Shown here in pieces: positions 55,421 through 64,000 of a stretch of 64,000 nt of DNA. Origin of the DNA: Solirubrobacterales bacterium (GTDB taxonomy: Bacteria > Actinomycetota > Thermoleophilia > Solirubrobacterales > JBBDJG01); contig JBBRDT010000002.1 of NCBI GenBank assembly GCA_038203635.1, forward strand, positions 5,030 to 69,029. The letters are read 5' to 3'. Positions within the stretch are counted from its first letter, which is position 1. Every line of letters starts with the position of its first letter. The position numbers and the translations under genes are program-made. The notes under the pieces are model-generated. The model was not told the origin of the DNA, did no database searches, and worked only from the letters and a program-made list of their open reading frames with translations.

Positions 55421-55774
55421 ATGCGGCACCAGAAGAAAAGGAACAAGCTCTCCCGCGACGCGGGGCACCGCAAGGCATTGATCCGCAATCTCTGCCGGCA
55501 GGTGCTGCAGCACGAACGCGTGCGTACCTCGCAGGCGAAGGCGAAGGTGATCAAGCCGGAGGTGGAGAAGCTGATCACCCTGGCCAAGCGCGGTGACCTG
55601 CACGCCCGGCGTCAGGCTTTGGCGGAGCTGAACCAGGACAAGTTCGTTGTGCACAAGCTGTTCGAGGAGATTGCTCCTCGGTACGTGGATCGGCCTGGTG
55701 GTTATACGCGGATCTGGAAGCTGGGGCCGCGCCGCAGTGATTCGACCGAGATGGTCTATTTGGAGCTCGTTTAG
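55421..55774 (+). CDS. rplQ: 50S ribosomal protein L17
   Basis: Sequence and synteny. Confidence 0.98.
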   Translation: MRHQKKRNKLSRDAGHRKALIRNLCRQVLQHERVRTSQAKAKVIKPEVEKLITLAKRGDLHARRQALAELNQDKFVVHKLFEEIAPRYVDRPGGYTRIWKLGPRRSDSTEMVYLELV

Positions 55775-55787
55775 CGCAGGCCTCCGG

Positions 55788-55840
55788 GGGGAGGGGTCTG
55801 CTGCTGACCCTCTTTTTTAGTCAGCATCAGACCCCTCCCC
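55788..55840 (+). terminator. 21-bp stem hairpin after rplQ
   Basis: GGGGAGGGGTCTGCTGCTGAC (loop CCTCTTTTTTA) GTCAGCATCAGACCCCTCCCC with one mismatch. No trailing T-run. Confidence 0.6.
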
Positions 55841-55853
55841 CTGCGGCCTTCAG

Positions 55854-56594
55854 GTGACCGTTCTCCGGCTTACGCTCGAATACCACGGTGGCGGCTTCAA
55901 GGGCTGGGCCGCTCAGCCGGGGCTGCGCACCGTCGAGGGCGTCCTCTCCGATGCGCTGGCAGCACTTCTCCCTACCCCACCCGCCTTTTCCGTCGCCGGG
56001 CGCACGGACACGGGCGTTCATGCTCGGGGCCAGGTGGTCAGCTTCTCTTGCAAGGGGGTCGAGACTGGTGGTTTGCTGCGGTCTCTGAACGGCATCCTGC
56101 CTCACGATGTTGCCGTGACCGCTGTGGAGCCGGTGCATGACGGCTTCGATGCCCGGCGTGATGCTCGGGCGCGGACCTATTGCTATCGCGTGCTGGCGCG
56201 GCAGGCTCGGAGCCCGTTCCTGCGAGACCGGGCGCTCTGGTGGTCCCGGCCGCTCGATGCAGGCGCCCTCGATCGATGTGCGGCTGCTCTGCCGGGGACG
56301 CACGACTTCACCGCCTTCACTCCAACGCAGACGGAGCACGTGCGCTTCGAGCGAGATGTGTTCCTGGCCGAGTGGCGCCGAGACGGCGAGGTGTTCGAGT
56401 TCTGGATCGAAGCGGACACGTTCATGCGGCACATGGTCCGTGTGCTCGTCGGCACGATGCTCGAGGTGGCGGAGGGCCGGCGCGAGGTTGGTGACTTCGC
56501 CCGCCTGCTGCAGGGCGCGGAGCGCGCGCAGGCGGGGCCGACCGCGGAGCCGCATGGCCTGTGCCTCGAGCGTGTCTCCTACCCCGCTCACTAA
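55854..56594 (+). CDS. truA: tRNA pseudouridine(38-40) synthase TruA
   Basis: GTG start. YHGGGFKGWAAQPG and GRTDTGVHA catalytic Asp motif. Confidence 0.95.
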   Translation: MTVLRLTLEYHGGGFKGWAAQPGLRTVEGVLSDALAALLPTPPAFSVAGRTDTGVHARGQVVSFSCKGVETGGLLRSLNGILPHDVAVTAVEPVHDGFDARRDARARTYCYRVLARQARSPFLRDRALWWSRPLDAGALDRCAAALPGTHDFTAFTPTQTEHVRFERDVFLAEWRRDGEVFEFWIEADTFMRHMVRVLVGTMLEVAEGRREVGDFARLLQGAERAQAGPTAEPHGLCLERVSYPAH

Positions 56595-56607
56595 CATTGC
56601 CCGTCGG

Positions 56608-59495
<2,888 letters not shown>

Positions 59496-59547
59496 CCCGA
59501 GGGCGCCGATTCCCCGGTTCAGACGCTCACCCCACGATCGCGAGATC

Positions 59548-60822
59548 CTGCGACTGGGGCTTCCCGCGCTCGGCGCACTGGCCGCGGAGCCGCTCTACCT
59601 GCTCGTCGACACCGCAATCGTGGGGCACCTCGGCACACCGGAGCTTGCCGCGCTCGCCCTCGCAGGGACGCTCCTCACCGGCGCGTTCACGATCTTCAAC
59701 TTCCTGACCTACGGCACGACGGCCCAGGTCGCGCGCTATCACGGTGCGGGCCGGCAACGCGAAGCGGGCACGCTCGGCGCGCAGGCGTTCTGGCTCTCGC
59801 TCGGGATCGGGATGGGACTGCTGGTGCTTGCGCAGCTGCTCGCGCGCCCCGCCGTCGAGCTGATGGGTGGTGAGGGGCAGACCGGGGACCTCGCCGTCAC
59901 CTACCTGCGCATTGCCGCGGCGGGGCTTCCATTCGCCCTGATCGCGCTGGCGGGGCAAGGCTTCCTGCGTGGCGTCTCGGACCTGCGTACGCCGCTCGTG
60001 ATCGTGGTCGCGGCAAACGTGGCGAACGTCGTGCTCGAGGTGATGTTCGTGTACGTGTTCGACTGGGGTCTCACCGGATCGGCATGGGGGACGGTGATCG
60101 CGCAGGCGGGGATGGGCGTCGCGTTTGCGTATCGGCTGCTTGGTTGGGACGCTGCGAGCCGCCGCCCGAGCCGGCAGCTGATGCAGCCGCTCGTCCGGAT
60201 CGGCCGGCACATCTTCGTACGCACCGCGTCGCTGTACGCCTCGTTCCTGGTGGCGACCGCGGTGGCGGCTCGCATCGGGGATGCGTCGCTCGGCGCTCAC
60301 CTGATCGCGTTCCAGCTGTTCGTCTTCATCGCGCTGGTCCTGGATGCGGTCGCGATCGCGGGACAGGTGATCGTCGGTCGATCGCTCGGAGCGGGGGACG
60401 TGACCACGGCGCGCGAGGCGGGGCGGCGCATGATCGGCTGGTCGGTGGCAGCCGGCGCCGGCTTTGCGCTGCTGCTCGCCGCCCTCGTGGGCGTGCTGCC
60501 CGCGGCGTTCACGGACGACCAGGCCGTGATCGACCGGGCGGAGGCAGTCTGGCCGCTGTTCGTGCTCATGCAGCCGATCGCGGGAGCGGTGTTCGCACTC
60601 GACGGAATCCTGATCGGCGCCGGTGACACGCGCTACCTGATGTGGTCCATGGCGTTCGCTGCGCTCGTGGTGTACGCACCGATCGCGCTCGCTGCCCTGG
60701 CATTCGACTGGGGGCTCGTAGGGGTCTGGTGCGGGCTTTGCGCGTTGATGGCCGCCCGTCTGGCGACGCTCGGTGTCCGGTTTGCCGGCCGCGCGTGGGC
60801 GGTGACCGGCGCGCCGGCCTAG
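59548..60822 (+). CDS. MATE family (DinF-like) efflux transporter; start codon unresolved
   Basis: Conserved N-terminus REILRLGLPALGALAAEPLYLLVDTAIVGHLG lies upstream of the first canonical start (GTG 59620). CTG at 59548 or 59554 and ATT at 59509 are the only in-frame candidates after the stop at 59452-59454. Confidence 0.8.
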   Translation: MRLGLPALGALAAEPLYLLVDTAIVGHLGTPELAALALAGTLLTGAFTIFNFLTYGTTAQVARYHGAGRQREAGTLGAQAFWLSLGIGMGLLVLAQLLARPAVELMGGEGQTGDLAVTYLRIAAAGLPFALIALAGQGFLRGVSDLRTPLVIVVAANVANVVLEVMFVYVFDWGLTGSAWGTVIAQAGMGVAFAYRLLGWDAASRRPSRQLMQPLVRIGRHIFVRTASLYASFLVATAVAARIGDASLGAHLIAFQLFVFIALVLDAVAIAGQVIVGRSLGAGDVTTAREAGRRMIGWSVAAGAGFALLLAALVGVLPAAFTDDQAVIDRAEAVWPLFVLMQPIAGAVFALDGILIGAGDTRYLMWSMAFAALVVYAPIALAALAFDWGLVGVWCGLCALMAARLATLGVRFAGRAWAVTGAPA

Positions 60823-62639
60823 TGCTGGCCGGGGCCGGGTCCGGAGTACGACGCCAGCAACGACGCGATGTGGTCCTGGATGCGGCGCCCTGCCCAGACG
60901 TTGATGCGATTCATGAGCAGCGCGAACGTGATCGGGTCGCCGTCCGGAGCCTTGCAGTATCCGGCGAGCGCCGTGACGCCGGAGAGCGTGCCTGTCTTTG
61001 CCCGGCAGCGCCCCGAGGCGCGCGTTCCGCGCATGCGCTTGTGGAGCGTTCCCGTTTTTCCCGCCAGCGGGAGCGATCTGTAGAAAGCGTCGAACCAGGG
61101 CTGCCCGCGGGCGTCCAGCAGGAGGCGCCCGACATCGCGCGGAGCCACGAGGTTCGCGCGTGAGAGGCCGGACCCGTCCGCGACCGTCGGGCTGAAGCCC
61201 GCCTCGCGCGCGTACGCGCTCGCAACGCGAGCGCCCGCCGAGGTGGAGCCCGTACCGCCCGCGCGTGCCCCGAGGCCCTTTAGCAGCATCTCCGCGAAGT
61301 AGTTGTCGGACATGTGGTTGGTGTGGCGCACGATGCTCGCGAGTGGAGGGGACTCGACCACCGCGATCGTGCGGGCGTCCGCGGGCGCCGGCGCGACGCG
61401 CACCGGACGTGGGATCGCGACGTCCTCGCGCCGCAGCGATGCGCGCAGACGATCCGCTGCGAACGCCGGCGGGTTGGTCTGCCAGCCCCTGCTGAACGGC
61501 AGCAGCGAACCGCGGTTGAACGCCAGCGCAGACAGCGGCCCGACGTAGGGCGAGATCCCGAAGCCGCTGGCCGGCCCTCCCCGTCGCTGGTCGAAGAAGC
61601 TCTCGTCGCCCCAGACCCGGCCGTTGACGCGATCGAGGCCGGTATCGGCGACCCGGCCCGCGAGCCTGTGGAGCGCCTTCGTATCGAAGGTCGGGTCCCC
61701 CGACCCGTGCAGGTAGAGGTCGCCCTCGAGCGTCCCCTCGGTCACCTCGCCGTCCGCGACCACGGCCGTCTCGAAGCGCGCCTCGGTCCCCAGCCGGTCG
61801 AGCGCCGCTGCCGTCGTCAGCAGTTTCTCCACCGATGCCGGGACCCGGCGGTACGCCGCCCGCAGTTCGAAGACCGTGCGGCCCGTGCCCCCGTCATGCA
61901 CCCACGCGCCCGAGTAGCCGCCCGCGGCGCGCATCTCGCGCGAGAGCGCGGCTCGCAGGGTGCCGGGCTCGTGGATCGCAGCCGCAGCGGTTGCCGCCAG
62001 CGACATGAGCAGGGTGAGGGTGAGGAGGAGCGTGGCCACCCATCCGCGCTGGATCGCGGCAACGGCGGCCTGCGTACGGTTGACCGCACCGGTCCGCTCC
62101 AGCACGCTCGAGACATGGGCACGCACAGTCCGCTCGGTGATCCCGAGACGGGACGCGATCTGCGTGTTGTCGAGGCCCTCGACGATCAGCTCCAGCACCT
62201 CGTGTTGCCGGGGGGTCAGTGATGGGCGGTGCGGCGGCTGGCCGCCGGCGCTGGCGCTTCTTATAGCAATGGACAACTCCGCCAGAGTGCAGTTCTTCGG
62301 CAGCAGGGCCCGCGCTCCCAGCTGCGCCGCGGCCAGCGCGTCGGCCGGCTCGGCACGCTCCGCGAGCACGATCACAGCCACGCCGCGGCCCGCGAGCGTG
62401 CGCAGCTCGGACGGGACCGGCGACTCGAGGATCGCGATGTCCGCGCCGCGCGGGACGCGCGGGGACGCGCCGTCGTGCGACGTCCAGACGCGGGCGCCGC
62501 GACTTGCGAGCAGCGCGGCGAGAGCGCTCACGTACAGGGCGTGGCGCCCGCGTACGAGCAGGCCGATGCCTGCCAGACGGGTGTCGGCTTCTTTGCTGAT
62601 GGCGGCGAAGCGGTCGAGTGAGGCGCTGCGACGCTGCAC
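60819..62639 (-). CDS. Single-ORF fusion: degenerate receiver-like domain + LuxR-type HTH + TM segment + PBP4-type D-Ala-D-Ala carboxypeptidase/endopeptidase (peptidase S13)
   Basis: 606 aa with no in-frame stop. HTH LTPRQHEVLELIVEGLDNTQIASRLGITERTVRAHVSSV. Hydrophobic WVATLLLTLTLLMSLAATAAAA. PBP motifs SVEK, SDN, KTGT. Confidence 0.75.
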   Translation of the reverse strand: MQRRSASLDRFAAISKEADTRLAGIGLLVRGRHALYVSALAALLASRGARVWTSHDGASPRVPRGADIAILESPVPSELRTLAGRGVAVIVLAERAEPADALAAAQLGARALLPKNCTLAELSIAIRSASAGGQPPHRPSLTPRQHEVLELIVEGLDNTQIASRLGITERTVRAHVSSVLERTGAVNRTQAAVAAIQRGWVATLLLTLTLLMSLAATAAAAIHEPGTLRAALSREMRAAGGYSGAWVHDGGTGRTVFELRAAYRRVPASVEKLLTTAAALDRLGTEARFETAVVADGEVTEGTLEGDLYLHGSGDPTFDTKALHRLAGRVADTGLDRVNGRVWGDESFFDQRRGGPASGFGISPYVGPLSALAFNRGSLLPFSRGWQTNPPAFAADRLRASLRREDVAIPRPVRVAPAPADARTIAVVESPPLASIVRHTNHMSDNYFAEMLLKGLGARAGGTGSTSAGARVASAYAREAGFSPTVADGSGLSRANLVAPRDVGRLLLDARGQPWFDAFYRSLPLAGKTGTLHKRMRGTRASGRCRAKTGTLSGVTALAGYCKAPDGDPITFALLMNRINVWAGRRIQDHIASLLASYSGPGPGQH

Positions 62640-62699
62640 CCGCCTAGAAAATGAGAATGCGCCTCCATCCCTGAAGACGCATCACCATGGTAGGCGGGC

Positions 62700-62717
62700 G
62701 GGATGGCGCGCGCCATC
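62700..62717. terminator. Perfect palindrome GGATGGCGC/GCGCCATCC downstream of the R2-like gene
   Basis: 9+9 bp palindrome, 27 nt after the minus-strand stop at 62744. Confidence 0.5.
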
Positions 62718-62743
62718 CTTTCCTGCCGACTGCCGACTGCCCA

Positions 62744-63664
62744 CTACGCGCCGGCCGGCACGAGACCGATGACCTTCAGGCGACGCGTCAGCGCCTGGGC
62801 GGCGAAGTCGCGCGTGTCCTCGATGTTCACGCCGAAGAACTCGTAGTCCGGCTCGTCCTTGGCCCACGGCGGCGTCAGTACCTCGTCAGCGATCTCGAGG
62901 GCCTCGGTGAGCGTGCGCTGGATCGTCTCCTTGTAGCGCGGGTCCTCTGCCACCGCATCGCGCAGGAAGCGGGCGCCGAACGCGACGTGACGATGCTCGT
63001 CGCGAGCCACGAGGTTGAAGCCGCGCACGAATCCGGGCAGGGTGCCCTCGCGCTCGTTGAAGTCGATGATGAAGTGCTGGCCGGTGAGTGCCAGCATGCC
63101 CTCGATGACCATGTGGTAGAGCGTGATCGCCTCGACCAGCGCGCCCATGTTCGTCGGGTCTTCGGCCAGCGTGCGCACTCGCGCGCCCAGCATCTCGTCG
63201 AAGAGCACGTTGAATGCCGGGTTGAGGTGCTTCTCGGTCTCCTTCAAGCGTGCCGCGAGGTTGTCTGAGTCAAGCACGCCGACCTCGCCATAGAAGCGAT
63301 CGAAGAAGCGCACGTGACGGGCCTCGTCTGCGATCTGGGTCGCGAGGAAGACCTGCATGTCCTTGGTGGGCGCCGCGCGCATCATCGGCCCCAGCTCCTC
63401 GGTCACCTTCTGCTCGCCGATGAAGAACGCGGAGAGGCCGTACATCCGCTGGAACCGCTCCTCGGCGGGAAATCCGGCCCAGTGCTCGCGGTCCACCGAA
63501 AAGTCGAGTTCCTGCGTGAGCCACTGCTGGCGCTCCCACAGCTCATACAGCGCGCGATAGTCGAGCAGCTCGGTCTGGCCGCGATCAGCCGACTCCAGCA
63601 GGGCCGGGTCGGCGGTCTCCGAGAAGAAGTCGGTGAGTTCGATGCGAGAGCTGAGCGTGGTCAA
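62744..63664 (-). CDS. Ferritin-like di-metal protein of the ribonucleotide reductase R2 / R2-like ligand-binding oxidase type
   Basis: Metal ligand motifs FFIGEQ, ADEARH, VIEG, ARDEHRH. TTG at 63664 is preceded by GGAGGA; the ORF extends to a GTG at 63730. Confidence 0.75.
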   Translation of the reverse strand: MTTLSSRIELTDFFSETADPALLESADRGQTELLDYRALYELWERQQWLTQELDFSVDREHWAGFPAEERFQRMYGLSAFFIGEQKVTEELGPMMRAAPTKDMQVFLATQIADEARHVRFFDRFYGEVGVLDSDNLAARLKETEKHLNPAFNVLFDEMLGARVRTLAEDPTNMGALVEAITLYHMVIEGMLALTGQHFIIDFNEREGTLPGFVRGFNLVARDEHRHVAFGARFLRDAVAEDPRYKETIQRTLTEALEIADEVLTPPWAKDEPDYEFFGVNIEDTRDFAAQALTRRLKVIGLVPAGA

Positions 63665-63820
63665 TGATCCTCCTGCGCGCCGGATTGCTTCGTTGCCCGA
63701 CAGCCTACCGCCGTCTCCAGCAGCGTCCACTTACTGACCGGCCGGTTTGCCCGGCGTGCCGCGGGGTAGGCCGGAAGTTCGCGAATGGGCGCTAACTCCC
63801 TGGTAATGTGCGCCTATGCC

Positions 63821-64000
63821 ATGGGCGACGTAGTCGAACTCGAGTCATCTGCGCCCGGCTCGGCGGGCCCCAAGCGGTCGAGCATCCAGAAGGCTCAGAG
63901 GCGACGCGGCGGTCGCTCCAAGACGGCCCTCGTGCTCGGCGGCGGCGGCTTCACGGGTGGCGTATACGAGATCGGCGCGCTGCGCGCGCTCGATCTGTTG
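63821..64000 (+). CDS. Patatin-like phospholipase (5' fragment, truncated by the window end)
   Basis: Manual translation gives [10 protein letters not shown]...[27 protein letters not shown], containing the patatin oxyanion GGGxxG motif. Confidence 0.7.
   Translation, partial: MGDVVELESSAPGSAGPKRSSIQKAQRRRGGRSKTALVLGGGGFTGGVYEIGALRALDLL

Noticed and set aside
60819-60822. 4-nt overlap of the convergent MATE and LuxR-PBP4 stop codons on the palindrome CTAG
   Set aside because: The overlap is real, but it is a trivial consequence of TAG stops on both strands. No regulatory meaning can be supported from sequence alone.

Overview
High-GC (roughly 70%) chromosome segment that looks actinobacterial, possibly Thermoleophilia or Solirubrobacterales-like (lineage is inference only). 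About two thirds of the window (19.4-59.5 kb) is the conserved transcription/translation supercluster, all on the + strand. The order is rpmG-secE-nusG-rplK-rplA-rplJ-rplL-rpoB-rpoC, then rpsL-rpsG, then fusA-tuf, then the S10, spc and alpha operons (rpsJ through rplQ, including secY, adk, map, rpmJ), then truA-surE-ligA. Two blocks of unrelated membrane and transporter genes interrupt the cluster: one between rpoC and rpsL, one between rpsG and fusA. The left 19 kb is accessory. It carries an FprA-like reductase, ErpA, DegV, a four-gene holin-X/DUF3618/DUF4235-type membrane cluster, a frameshifted secreted protein whose 3' end holds an IS481-family insertion with a 6-bp GCTAGG target duplication, a lipoprotein, an amidotransferase, an epimerase, a sigma-70 factor, an envelope-glycan cluster and a TlpA-like thioredoxin. 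The right end carries a MATE exporter with no canonical start codon, a single ORF fusing a LuxR-type regulator through a transmembrane segment to a PBP4-type DD-peptidase, an R2-like di-metal protein and a truncated patatin-like gene. By eye I found no rRNA, tRNA or CRISPR array. The most unusual signals are the LuxR-TM-PBP4 fusion, a recurring post-gene hairpin followed by a conserved GGGAGCTCCGARGG tail, a 200-nt inverted-repeat-flanked insert between rplB and rpsS, and long low-complexity extensions on several ribosomal proteins, one containing a terminator-like hairpin. All calls come from reading the sequence and remembered family motifs; no searches were run.
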